Shown: in pieces, positions 1 through 9,358 of the stretch
Layout of the letters: each line of letters opens with the position of its first letter
Numbering within the stretch: the first letter of the stretch is position 1
Sequence record: NC_026927.1
Direction: 5' to 3' (one strand)
DNA: 64,000 bases
The notes under the pieces: generated by a model
What the model was told of the DNA's origin: nothing
The model's database searches: none
Seen by the model: the letters and a program-made list of their open reading frames with translations, nothing else
Made by a program: the position numbers and the translations under genes

Positions 1-930
1 ATGTCATTCGCCAATTTAAAGAAACAGTCCTCCCTTGGTTCTCTCACTGAGAAACTTGTGAAGGAAGTCGAGAAGATGAATAATACACAGTCCGGTGGTG
101 AAGACGACCGTTACTGGAAACTCACATGTGACAAGTCACAGAACGGATATGCAGTTATCCGTTTCCTCCCTGCACCAGACAGTGAGGATATGCCTTTCGT
201 GAAACTATACTCCCACGCCTTCCAATCAAAGGGTGGATGGTTTATCGAAAACAGTCTAACTACACTCAATCAGAAAGATCCTGTATCTGAGTATAACTCT
301 GAACTCTGGAACAACGGAACTGAAGCAGGTAAAGAACAGGCACGTAAGCAGAAACGTAAGCTCACCTATATCGCTAACATCTACGTAGTGAAGGATCCAG
401 CTAACCCCGACAATGAGGGTCGCGTATTCCTCTACAAGTTCGGTAAGAAGATCTTTGACAAACTCATGAGTGCAATGCAACCTGAGTTTGAAGATGAAGA
501 AGCCATCAACCCCTTTGATTTCTGGGAAGGTGCAAACTTCAACCTCAAGGCTAAGAGCGTTGCAGGTTATCGTAACTACGACTCCTCTGGATTCGGTAAG
601 GTTACTGCCCTCAACGATGATGATGAGGTTCTAGAAGGTGTCTGGAAGAAAGAATACTCTCTTGCTGAACTCGTAGCCCCTGATCAGTTCAAGGACTATG
701 AGACACTCAAGAAGCGTATGACTCAAGTTCTAGGACTGAGTGGTACTTCACGTCCCGCTCCACAGGAAGACACTGAAGACGATAACATTGAGTCTCAATT
801 GCGTTCCTCACGTCCTGCATTTGCTAAGGAAGAGTCTTCATACGCAGAACCTGAACTACCTTCTATGAGTTCTAGTGGAGACGATATGGATGAAAGTTTA
901 TCGTATTTTCAATCGTTAGCTTCTGACTGA
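1..930 (+). CDS. gp32: ssDNA-binding protein (T4 gp32-like)
   Basis: MSFANLKK start, GYAVIRFLPAP, KVFLYKFGKKIFDK-like core and acidic C-terminal tail typical of T4-like gp32. Confidence 0.95.
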   Translation: MSFANLKKQSSLGSLTEKLVKEVEKMNNTQSGGEDDRYWKLTCDKSQNGYAVIRFLPAPDSEDMPFVKLYSHAFQSKGGWFIENSLTTLNQKDPVSEYNSELWNNGTEAGKEQARKQKRKLTYIANIYVVKDPANPDNEGRVFLYKFGKKIFDKLMSAMQPEFEDEEAINPFDFWEGANFNLKAKSVAGYRNYDSSGFGKVTALNDDDEVLEGVWKKEYSLAELVAPDQFKDYETLKKRMTQVLGLSGTSRPAPQEDTEDDNIESQLRSSRPAFAKEESSYAEPELPSMSSSGDDMDESLSYFQSLASD

Positions 931-956
931 TATATAACCCAGGAGAATATTTTACT

Positions 957-1280
957 ATGAAAATTGTATTAGCTATTGTAGCTGCTTTCTTTCTTGCACT
1001 TCCTGCTTATGCTGCTGATGTTCAAATGGGTTTCAACGGAAACCTGGTATTTGAACCTAATGAACTCACAATCTCCGCAGGAGATACAGTCCACTTTCTG
1101 AACGATATGCTTCCTCCACATAATATTATTGTGGAGGCTAGACCTGACCTTTCACGAGAGTCGCTTATGTTTAACCCAGGTGAGTCACAAGATATTGTGT
1201 TCGCTGATGTAGGTGACTATGAGTTCTTCTGTGGTCCTCATCAGGGAGCCGGAATGACCGGAGTGATTCACGTTGAGTGA
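957..1280 (+). CDS. petE: Plastocyanin (auxiliary metabolic gene)
   Basis: Signal peptide; Cu ligands PPHNII and FFCGPHQGAGM (H,C,H,M). Confidence 0.95.
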   Translation: MKIVLAIVAAFFLALPAYAADVQMGFNGNLVFEPNELTISAGDTVHFLNDMLPPHNIIVEARPDLSRESLMFNPGESQDIVFADVGDYEFFCGPHQGAGMTGVIHVE

Positions 1281-1661
1281 TCAGTTCTGAACAAGATACT
1301 TTAGAGGTAGAGTCAATGCTGTCTTTACCTCTATAGTTTTTAACTCATAATAAGAAGTTGCACTCTGGTTCCAGTCATACTGACGAACCTTATTCAAGTG
1401 CATATTATATCCAACAAACCCCCAGTTATACACTGCGTTCACCGATGTAATCGGATACTGATCGTAGAGTAGATTGGGGGTTTTTGCGTAGTAATTGTAA
1501 ATATATACCTTTCCTGGTAGGGGGGCGTTGACTTCAGAGTCCTTGAGTCTAGCCATCACCAAGTCCATAATATCATCAGACTTTTCTGTTCCAATTAGGT
1601 TATCTAGAATAGGTTTCAGTCTATTAGAACTCTTCTGTTGAGATATCTTCTTTCTAGCCAT
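1281..1661 (-). CDS. DNA end protector-like protein (T4 gp2-like, short)
   Basis: PGKVYIYNYYAKTPNLLYDQYP and GFVGYNMH resemble the gp2 core; adjacent to gp4. Confidence 0.6.
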   Translation of the reverse strand: MARKKISQQKSSNRLKPILDNLIGTEKSDDIMDLVMARLKDSEVNAPLPGKVYIYNYYAKTPNLLYDQYPITSVNAVYNWGFVGYNMHLNKVRQYDWNQSATSYYELKTIEVKTALTLPLKYLVQN

Positions 1662-2094
1662 TCTTAAATAGATCCTTTTCTGTTAGTATCCTGAACTCTA
1701 ACCCATTATCAAGACAGAACTCTTCTGCCGCCTTCCACTTAGCTGTATTCTGTGCGTAGAGTGACTCAGCAATCATCACATTCTTAGTCCGCTTTGTATA
1801 TTTGGGTGGACTACACTCACGGTGGGGTTTGATTTCAATGAGACACTTCTTAATTCCACCACCCTTCTTTACATACTCAACATAGAAGTCTGGGAAATAC
1901 CTGGCTACCTTTTTCTTCATGGGGTTCCAATACTTGATGGCGATTTCTTCAGAACCCCAACGTTGGACAGTTTCTCTACTATCCAAATAAAGCATGAATT
2001 TTCTTTCCCAGCCTGATCTATACACAATCTGATTGGGATTTCCAATATACTTTTTGGGATTAGAGGGTTTGTAAACACCCTTCATGCTTGCCAT
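1654..2094 (-). CDS. gp4: Head completion nuclease (T4 gp4-like)
   Basis: KGVYKPSNPKKYIGNP, YRSGWERKFM, YFPDF, LIEIKP, KWKAAEEFC. Confidence 0.9.
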   Translation of the reverse strand: MASMKGVYKPSNPKKYIGNPNQIVYRSGWERKFMLYLDSRETVQRWGSEEIAIKYWNPMKKKVARYFPDFYVEYVKKGGGIKKCLIEIKPHRECSPPKYTKRTKNVMIAESLYAQNTAKWKAAEEFCLDNGLEFRILTEKDLFKNG

Positions 2095-2101
2095 ATAAAT
2101 A
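2094..2101 (+). promoter_or_regulatory. T4-type late promoter TATAAATA
   Basis: Exact consensus upstream of tail gene at 2130; a CTAAATA on the minus strand (2119-2125) faces gp4. Confidence 0.7.
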
Positions 2102-2129
2102 ATAATAGTCCCTAGTAGTATTTAGTAGA

Positions 2130-2876
2130 GTGAGAAGAGATCTAACCCTACAGGATGTTCGTCCTCTAATAGGGAACCTATCACGGACAAATATCTACCA
2201 AGTGCAATTTGGTGGATTGAGTCCTGGTCTTATTGGATATCTAGCTTCTAGGAGTGTTGGTTCCCAGTTTATCGCAGATGGTGCTGGTTTGATGTGCTAT
2301 GAAGCTTCCCTACCAGGATCATCACTATCACAAGTTCAGAGTTCTAACTTCCACGGAGTGGTAGAGAACTTTGCACACACAAGAGTATTCACACCCATTA
2401 CCTTATCATTCTATTGTGACAGTGGTTATCAAACACTGAGAATGTTGGAACACTGGATGGAGTATGTTGTCAGTGGAAATGGAACATCAGGAATGGCATA
2501 TGGTGGAAATAACTATAACTATCGTCTAAAGTATCCCAATGACCCATCAGATGGGTATAAGTGTGACTCTACTAGTGTATATAAGTTTGAAGGTGACAGG
2601 GAAAATGGAAGTGTGATGGAGTATTCCTTCATTGGACTGTATCCTTCCAACCTATCCTCAGTCCCTGTTAGATACGGACCCAATAATGAGATTACTAGAG
2701 TAACTTGTAGTTTCTCCTATGATAGGTATGTTGCTGGATCTAAAAGAAGTTTTGATTGGGTTCTTGGTAACTCTAACAATAGAGATCAATCTAACGGTAA
2801 CTTTATTAATCAAACAGTTAGGGATCTTTTGGATGTTGGTGTTGACTTTGTTGGTAACATCCTAAACAGGAGATAA
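2130..2876 (+). CDS. Tail tube initiator / gp19-fold protein (gp54-like)
   Basis: LMCYEASLPG, ITLSFY, HWMEYV, YPSNLSSV, VTCSFSYDRY pattern; position before gp48. Confidence 0.55.
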   Translation: MRRDLTLQDVRPLIGNLSRTNIYQVQFGGLSPGLIGYLASRSVGSQFIADGAGLMCYEASLPGSSLSQVQSSNFHGVVENFAHTRVFTPITLSFYCDSGYQTLRMLEHWMEYVVSGNGTSGMAYGGNNYNYRLKYPNDPSDGYKCDSTSVYKFEGDRENGSVMEYSFIGLYPSNLSSVPVRYGPNNEITRVTCSFSYDRYVAGSKRSFDWVLGNSNNRDQSNGNFINQTVRDLLDVGVDFVGNILNRR

Positions 2877-2884
2877 ATAGTAAT

Positions 2885-3844
2885 ATGGCAAAATCTAAGA
2901 AACAACTAAGATACCCACTTACTAGGATTGAGTCCAACTCCGACTATCTAGCTATTAATGTGTGTAAATATAATCCACCAGGTTTTACTGGGGGTAACAC
3001 TTCTGATACTATGTTCGATATCCCATCCAGCACTAGTATAGGTGGTGGTGGTAACTGCTCAAAGAAATCTATTGAGGGTAATATTTTATTGCCCATGCCT
3101 GATTCAATCGTAGACTCAAATATAACTAACTGGGAGAGTAATGAGATTAATAGTGTAGCTGCTTCTGCCATTGGTAATATCAAACAGGGATTGGAGGAAT
3201 TTACACTAGATAGTATGATAAACAGCCCAGGAGAAGCACTCAAAAAAGGATTGCAAACAGCACAAACTACAGCAAGTAACGCTTTAGACGCCGCAAAGGA
3301 TCCAGCTGTTTCTGCTGCTTTGGAAAACTACTTTATTGGTAATGCTGTTAATCTATTTGGTGCAAACGTAGACGCAACATCACTCCTATCCAGAGAAAAG
3401 GGTTTAGTTCTTAACCCAAACATGGAGTTTCTATTCAAAGGTGTTCAACTTCGATCTTTCGACTTCACCTTTGTCATGAACCCCAGAAGTAGACAGGAGT
3501 CTATGGAGATTAAATCTATCATCAATACCTTCAAGAAGAGAATGGCAGCTAAGAGTAGTGCTGAGGGATCAGGACCTAGAGGGTTATTTGTCAAAGCGCC
3601 TGATGTATTTGAACTCCAATTTAAGAGGGGTTCTTCCAAACATCCTTTCTTATATACTATGAAGACTTGCGCACTCACAAAGATGACTGTAGATTATATG
3701 AGAACTGGTAACTATATCACATATGAGGATAGTACTCCAGTTCAATTAGCAATGGCTTTGAGTTTCACTGAACTCAACCCAATATATGCAGAGGATTATG
3801 ATATGAATAACCTACCTGGTTCAGATGAAGGAGTTGGATTCTAA
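2885..3844 (+). CDS. gp48: Baseplate tail tube cap (gp48-like)
   Basis: ILLPMP, NPNMEFLFKGVQLRSFDFTF, PDVFEL, CALTKMTVDY, LSFTELNPI. Confidence 0.85.
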   Translation: MAKSKKQLRYPLTRIESNSDYLAINVCKYNPPGFTGGNTSDTMFDIPSSTSIGGGGNCSKKSIEGNILLPMPDSIVDSNITNWESNEINSVAASAIGNIKQGLEEFTLDSMINSPGEALKKGLQTAQTTASNALDAAKDPAVSAALENYFIGNAVNLFGANVDATSLLSREKGLVLNPNMEFLFKGVQLRSFDFTFVMNPRSRQESMEIKSIINTFKKRMAAKSSAEGSGPRGLFVKAPDVFELQFKRGSSKHPFLYTMKTCALTKMTVDYMRTGNYITYEDSTPVQLAMALSFTELNPIYAEDYDMNNLPGSDEGVGF

Positions 3845-4503
3845 TGACTTATTTTAGAGAACTACCAAACTTAGAATACGAAAACTTCCTATCAGATTCC
3901 AATGGATCTGGTGATTATATCCTAATGAAGAATATCTTCGTTAGGGGAAAACTTCGTGATGACTTACAAAATGTATTAACTCTATTCAATAAGTATATTA
4001 TTGAAGAGGATGAGAGGCCAGATCAGATTGCTCTGAAACTATATGGTGATCCAGGTTTAGATTGGGTTATTCGTATGGTGGGTGAAATTACTAACATGCC
4101 CAACGATTGGCCAATATCTTCACAACAACTCTATGAGTTCTGTGTGGAAAAGTATGATGGTGAGAAGGGTATGAATGGTGTTAAGTATTATCAAACTACT
4201 GAAGTTAAAGACTCACAGGGTAGAATCTTACTAGCAGGTGGCCTCACAGTTGATAAGAACTTCACAATCCCTGATCCCGATCCAGATCACCAGGGTAATA
4301 TTATTAATCCAACTGAACCAGTTACTAACTACGCATACGAAACCAATCTTAACGATAGTAAGAGGGAACTATATGTATTGAAGAAGTCGTTCATTGGTCA
4401 GTTTGTGAGTGATATGAGAGATATTAATACATATGGATTCAACTCTGAGTTTGTGAATTCTAAAACTCTTCGTGTGGCAAACACTAGGGTAACCAATCCC
4501 TGA
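3844..4503 (+). CDS. gp53: Baseplate wedge subunit (gp53-like)
   Basis: YFRELPNLEY, ERPDQIALKLYGDPGLDWVI, DWP motif. Confidence 0.9.
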   Translation: MTYFRELPNLEYENFLSDSNGSGDYILMKNIFVRGKLRDDLQNVLTLFNKYIIEEDERPDQIALKLYGDPGLDWVIRMVGEITNMPNDWPISSQQLYEFCVEKYDGEKGMNGVKYYQTTEVKDSQGRILLAGGLTVDKNFTIPDPDPDHQGNIINPTEPVTNYAYETNLNDSKRELYVLKKSFIGQFVSDMRDINTYGFNSEFVNSKTLRVANTRVTNP

Positions 4504-4539
4504 TAAATACAGCATACCTTTCTATATTATTCTTACATC

Positions 4540-5250
4540 ATGGCGTTACCTAAGATTGCCAAGATAACCTATGAACTGGTTATTCCTTCCACTGGCAAAA
4601 AGATTAAGTATAGACCTTTTCTAGTTAAAGAAGAGAAAGTTCTTATTCTTGCACAAGAATCTGGTTCCCAAACGGAAATGACCAGAGCTATTAAAGATGT
4701 TATCTCTGCTTGTGTTCAAACTCGTGGATTTAAGGTCGATCAGATGGCAACCTTTGATATTGAGTATGTCTTCTTAAACATTAGGGGGAGATCTGTCGGT
4801 GAATCTGTGGATGTTATCGTCACCTGTCCAGATGACGAAAAGACTACAGTTCCCGTTACTATTTATCTAGATGAAATTGAGGTTATCTTTGATGAAAACC
4901 ACGAGGCAAACATCAAGTTAGATGATACTTACTCTGTACAGATGAAGTATCCCACTATGGAACAGGTCATGGAAGCAGATGCTGACAACATCTCCATCCA
5001 AGAAAGTCTAGAACTGATTGCCAAGTGTATTGATCAGATTTATAGTGAAGAGGAATCTTTCGCCGCTTCTGATTCTTCACTGAAGGAACTTGTATCATGG
5101 GTAGAGGATCTGGAACCTAAACAGTTTACTAAACTAGAGAACTTCTTCACCACCATGCCTAAGTTATCACATACTATTAATGTGATGAACCCAGAAACAG
5201 ATGTTGAGAGTTCTGTCGTATTGGAGGGACTGGGTAGTTTTTTCGCGTAA
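4540..5250 (+). CDS. gp26: Baseplate hub subunit (gp26-like)
   Basis: MALPKI, YRPFLVKEEKVLILA, FDIEYVFLNIRGRSVGE, LEGLGSFF. Confidence 0.9.
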   Translation: MALPKIAKITYELVIPSTGKKIKYRPFLVKEEKVLILAQESGSQTEMTRAIKDVISACVQTRGFKVDQMATFDIEYVFLNIRGRSVGESVDVIVTCPDDEKTTVPVTIYLDEIEVIFDENHEANIKLDDTYSVQMKYPTMEQVMEADADNISIQESLELIAKCIDQIYSEEESFAASDSSLKELVSWVEDLEPKQFTKLENFFTTMPKLSHTINVMNPETDVESSVVLEGLGSFFA

Positions 5251-5252
5251 GT

Positions 5253-5432
5253 ATGGCTCACATGGATCTAGAGTCATACTATAAAACCAACTTTGCATTA
5301 ATGCAACACCACAAGTACAACCTCTCCGATATTGAAGATATGATCCCATGGGAGAGGGACATCTATGTTACTCTACTCAAGAACTGGATTGAGGAAGAGG
5401 AACAACGAATCGCACAACAGCAGAAAGGATGA
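5253..5432 (+). CDS. gp51: Baseplate hub assembly catalyst (gp51-like), 59 aa, absent from ORF track
   Basis: Translated by hand: MAHMDLESYYKTNFALMQHHKYNLSDIEDMIPWERDIYVTLLKNWIEEEE. Confidence 0.88.
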   Translation: MAHMDLESYYKTNFALMQHHKYNLSDIEDMIPWERDIYVTLLKNWIEEEEQRIAQQQKG

Positions 5433-7363
5433 GTTTATTCACCTCCGCTACTTCAGGTGTAGATCCCCAAACAGGATCTTACCTCTCTAAGGAACAAAGA
5501 GTTGCGATGTTCCAATCCTCCCGTGGTCGTGGAGGTGGTGGGAGTGCTACGCCTGAAGGTAAAAGAGGTAAAGTTGCACCACAGAATGCCATTGTTGTAG
5601 CAAACAAGATGGCACAGGTGGTTCAGACACTCCAGACAAATACACAGGAGACTGTTCAAGCTGTTAATGTAAAGGTTCAAGAGAACGCACAGAATATTGA
5701 AAACCTCTACAAATCTGTTCAGAATAACAGATCAGCAGAGGCTAAAGAAGAAAAAGCAGAGACAAAAGATTTAAGAGCAGACAGAGAGAATGCACTAAGA
5801 TCAGGTAAGGAGAAACTTATTGAGGGCATGTCATCAGCTGTTGCTGGTCTTGTCGGTGTAGGTAAGAGGGCAGCTGATGCTGCACTTAAACCCGTTATGG
5901 GTTTCTGGGAAAAGATTAAAGGATTCTTGCTTAATATAGCAGCAGCTTGGGCTATTAAGAATCTCCCAGTTATTATGGGTTATGTTGAAGATTTTGTTAG
6001 TTGGTTAGGTGACTTTAAGAGTTGGTTGCCTAAGTCTCTTACGGGTCTTCGTGGTGTATGGTCTATTGCGGATAATATTATCCGAGCAATGTGGCGCGGT
6101 TTCAGTCGTATTGGCGGCACAATATACCGTATCGCTACATGGTTAACTAGAAAGTTATTTTCACTACTCAAGAGGATATTTGCACCTATTGGTAGATTTG
6201 TTTCAAGAATAGTAGGTGGTATTGTTGACTTCCTGAGACCAATAGTATCTAGAGCACTGAGAGGTTTGGGTGATGCACTTGGTGGAATCGGGAACTCCAT
6301 CAATCGAGCTTTTGGTGGTGGTGGTAGTTCCAGTGGTCTAGGTGGAGTTAAAGGTGGCGCTGGTGTTGAACCTGGTCAGAAGGCAATAGCTGGAGCTGCC
6401 GAAGAAGGTGGAGGTCTTTTGAGTGGCATCAGGAAATTCTTCAAAGGGCTTGGGGATAAAGGCAAGGCTGCTTTTTCTAAAGGTCAAGAGTTATTTGCGA
6501 GTGGTGGTAAAAAGATTCAGCAGGGTATAGGTGCAATACAGGAAACCACCACTGGAGTTAAACCACAACCCGAAAAACATGCGGGATGGCTTAAAAAAGC
6601 ACTAACTCCTATTGGTGACCTTCTTCCCGGTATGAAGGGAGCACTTAGTGGTGTAGGTAAACTAATCAATGGTGTTCTTAAAGTTGTTCCTGGTATTGGT
6701 TTTGCTATTGATTTGGCTCTAAACAAGGGAATCAATGGTGATGACTGGACTACTGCTATTGTAGCCGCTCTTGGTTCCTCTGTCGCTGGTGGTATTGGTA
6801 TTGCTGGTGGTGCTAAGATTGGTGGTGGAGTTGGTTTTGCTCTTGGTACTGCTATTCCTGGTATAGGTAACATTGTTGGTGCCGCTATTGGTGCCGGTCT
6901 TGGTGGTATTATCGGTGGTATTGCTGGTGGTGCTCTTGGTGATACTGCAGCTAGAATGGGTCTGGATGCATTAAATATAGGAGAAAGTGCTCAGTCGGAA
7001 AACAAACCAGCTGATATAGGTTCTCCTGGCGGTGCGATGGATCTTGAGGGTGGTGCTCACGAAACAGTACCTGCTAGTTCTGTGGGAGCTACAACTAACA
7101 ATAACTCAACATCAGGTATGGTTAGTAGTGCAACCAGTGGTAGTAGCACACCAGAAGGTATGTCAGAACCAAACGGTGGTAATACTACTTCTGTTGAAAC
7201 CATTAATCTAGCTCCTAATGTTGTAGATAGTGGTAAGGAGGATAGTTCTGGAAAACTTGAAGTGCCGTCTATGATTGATGATAACCCCTTCTGGCAGACA
7301 GCAGATCCAGCTTCTGATATGTACAGGAGTTTCGCTTCAACTGAATACGAGTTGGTACACTAA
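5429..7363 (+). CDS. Tail hub / tape-measure-like protein with Gly-rich hydrophobic segments
   Basis: Coiled-coil N-terminus, amphipathic helices, GxxxG-rich segments; lies after gp51. Confidence 0.5.
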   Translation: MSLFTSATSGVDPQTGSYLSKEQRVAMFQSSRGRGGGGSATPEGKRGKVAPQNAIVVANKMAQVVQTLQTNTQETVQAVNVKVQENAQNIENLYKSVQNNRSAEAKEEKAETKDLRADRENALRSGKEKLIEGMSSAVAGLVGVGKRAADAALKPVMGFWEKIKGFLLNIAAAWAIKNLPVIMGYVEDFVSWLGDFKSWLPKSLTGLRGVWSIADNIIRAMWRGFSRIGGTIYRIATWLTRKLFSLLKRIFAPIGRFVSRIVGGIVDFLRPIVSRALRGLGDALGGIGNSINRAFGGGGSSSGLGGVKGGAGVEPGQKAIAGAAEEGGGLLSGIRKFFKGLGDKGKAAFSKGQELFASGGKKIQQGIGAIQETTTGVKPQPEKHAGWLKKALTPIGDLLPGMKGALSGVGKLINGVLKVVPGIGFAIDLALNKGINGDDWTTAIVAALGSSVAGGIGIAGGAKIGGGVGFALGTAIPGIGNIVGAAIGAGLGGIIGGIAGGALGDTAARMGLDALNIGESAQSENKPADIGSPGGAMDLEGGAHETVPASSVGATTNNNSTSGMVSSATSGSSTPEGMSEPNGGNTTSVETINLAPNVVDSGKEDSSGKLEVPSMIDDNPFWQTADPASDMYRSFASTEYELVH

Positions 7364-9324
7364 TGGCACAACCACAAATTGCTGCAAACAAAACTAAAGC
7401 TCTGAGGATTGGTCAGAGGTTGATGGTTGGTGCCAAGAGTTTTGGTAAAGGTGTCAGGAATAGTGTTGACACTTCACAACAGGTTATCACTCAGAGTGCT
7501 CGTAAGATCAAATCAGATCAGAAAAGAATCAACGCAGAGAATAAGAAACAAGAAAGGTTTGAAGATGCAGTACGGGAAGAAACAGAGAGAAGACAGAAAT
7601 CCCTAACAAAGGGTGCATATGGTGTTGGTAGTGCTGCCAAGAAGCTAACCGAGAAGGTTATGGTGGATCCAATGAAAGCTATTTGGAACATTATTGCTGC
7701 TTGGGCTATTAAGAATCTCCCAATTATTGTTGATGAAGTTAGAAAATTTGTAAAGAAAGTGAGGATTGTAATAGCTGCTATTAATAACGCGTTTAGAGCA
7801 ACTGGTAACCTATTTAAGGGGTGGTTATCATATGGACAGGCTTGGCTGACAAATATGGTTACCTTTGACTGGGGCGACTCCACAGGTAGGTTGGAAGAAG
7901 CACAGGCTGAAATAGATAATAGTTATGATGAATTAGATGCAAGTTGGAATACTATCTACAATGTATGGGGTAAGGAGGAAGAAGAGTTAGACAAAATGCT
8001 AACTTGGTTGGATAGTGGTAAGACTGTTAAACAGGCTACTGATGCTATTACACAAGGTATTCCATTGCCACAGACACCTGCTTTTGGTGATGGTAGTAGG
8101 GAAGGTGGCGGAGGTTATGGTGGATCAGGCATCCAAATGAGTGCTGATGAGCAACAACTTACAGAGTCATTGATTGCTGGTGAGGAGGGGGTAAGAACCA
8201 AAGCATATCAGGATACTGAAGGTATTTGGACGATTGGTTACGGACAAACTAGAATTAATGGTCGTGCAGTAAGACCAGGTGATACAATAACAAAAGCACA
8301 AGCATTGGGTGGTTTTAGAGGTGCTCTTGCAGAACACCAACAAAGGGCAATCAATCAACTTGGTGAGGAGAGATGGTCACAACTGGACGCAAGATCTAGA
8401 GCAGTTCTCACCTCTATAACATACAACTATGGTAGTATTCCTGGTAGAGTTCTACCTGCTGCTAAAACTGGTAATGCTGAAGACATTGCTGTAGCGATGA
8501 ATAGTTTGTATGGAGATAATAGAGGAGTTCTAAAAGGTAGAAGACAGAGAGAGCAATCTATTCTCAGAGGCGGTACTTCTTCCTACTTAGATAAAGACTT
8601 TATGGCTGGTGGTCAATTTGCAGGCTCTGGTACTGGTCCTCTAGTCATGGGTGGTGGAAATGAATCTACTTCAGGTTCAATATCTTCATCTGGAGGCACA
8701 ACCAACACAACTGCAATGAAGAGAGGTGATATGGTTGGTGGTTTTACTGTTAGTTCTGCATTTGGACGTAGAGCTGCACCTACTGCTGGTGCTAGTTCTA
8801 ATCATGGGGGTCTTGATATTGCTACTCCACAAGGAACATACTTAGCTTTTGATGTTGATGTTGAGATTATGTTCGCTGGTTCAGCTGGTGGATATGGATA
8901 TGTCATTGATGCTTGGTCGGCATCATTAGGAATTCAGTTCCGTTGTGCTCACATGTCAGTATTAATGTGTAACCCAGGACAGAAAGTTCGTGCTGGAACT
9001 GCTGTTGGTAGAACTGGTGGTGCAGTGGGAAGTCGTGGAGCTGGTACATCCACTGGACCTCATCTTCACTTTGAAGTGAGTAATCAGAAGGGTTCTGCTA
9101 ACTATGGTGGTTCAAATAGTGCTAGTATGTTAGCCAGATACGCAAAACACTTAATCCTTAGCTCATCTAAACCACAACCACAGTCACTCAGACCAGCTAC
9201 AGTGAGTTCTTCCTCACAGCAAACCGCTAATCAACTTAACTCTTCTGCTTCCTCCAGAAGAACTAATGGTAGGAGAACTGATCAAAAAATAATACTAATC
9301 AAGGAAAATACTATTATTAAATAA
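7363..9324 (+). CDS. Tail-associated cell-wall hydrolase: GH24 lysozyme + M23 peptidase
   Basis: E-x8-D-x5-T (EGVRTKAYQDTEGIWT) then IGYG; M23 HGGLD and GPHLHFEV. Confidence 0.8.
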   Translation: MAQPQIAANKTKALRIGQRLMVGAKSFGKGVRNSVDTSQQVITQSARKIKSDQKRINAENKKQERFEDAVREETERRQKSLTKGAYGVGSAAKKLTEKVMVDPMKAIWNIIAAWAIKNLPIIVDEVRKFVKKVRIVIAAINNAFRATGNLFKGWLSYGQAWLTNMVTFDWGDSTGRLEEAQAEIDNSYDELDASWNTIYNVWGKEEEELDKMLTWLDSGKTVKQATDAITQGIPLPQTPAFGDGSREGGGGYGGSGIQMSADEQQLTESLIAGEEGVRTKAYQDTEGIWTIGYGQTRINGRAVRPGDTITKAQALGGFRGALAEHQQRAINQLGEERWSQLDARSRAVLTSITYNYGSIPGRVLPAAKTGNAEDIAVAMNSLYGDNRGVLKGRRQREQSILRGGTSSYLDKDFMAGGQFAGSGTGPLVMGGGNESTSGSISSSGGTTNTTAMKRGDMVGGFTVSSAFGRRAAPTAGASSNHGGLDIATPQGTYLAFDVDVEIMFAGSAGGYGYVIDAWSASLGIQFRCAHMSVLMCNPGQKVRAGTAVGRTGGAVGSRGAGTSTGPHLHFEVSNQKGSANYGGSNSASMLARYAKHLILSSSKPQPQSLRPATVSSSSQQTANQLNSSASSRRTNGRRTDQKIILIKENTIIK

Positions 9325-9326
9325 CC

Positions 9327-9334
9327 TATAAATA
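9327..9334 (+). promoter_or_regulatory. Late promoter TATAAATA
   Basis: Exact consensus 25 bp upstream of ORF 9359. Confidence 0.75.
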
Positions 9335-9358
9335 CCTAATATAGGTGTGTAAGGTGTA

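Noticed and set aside
6290-6960. Collagen repeat in the 644-aa tail protein
   Set aside because: Gly-rich but not in Gly-X-Y register; looks like GxxxG hydrophobic helices
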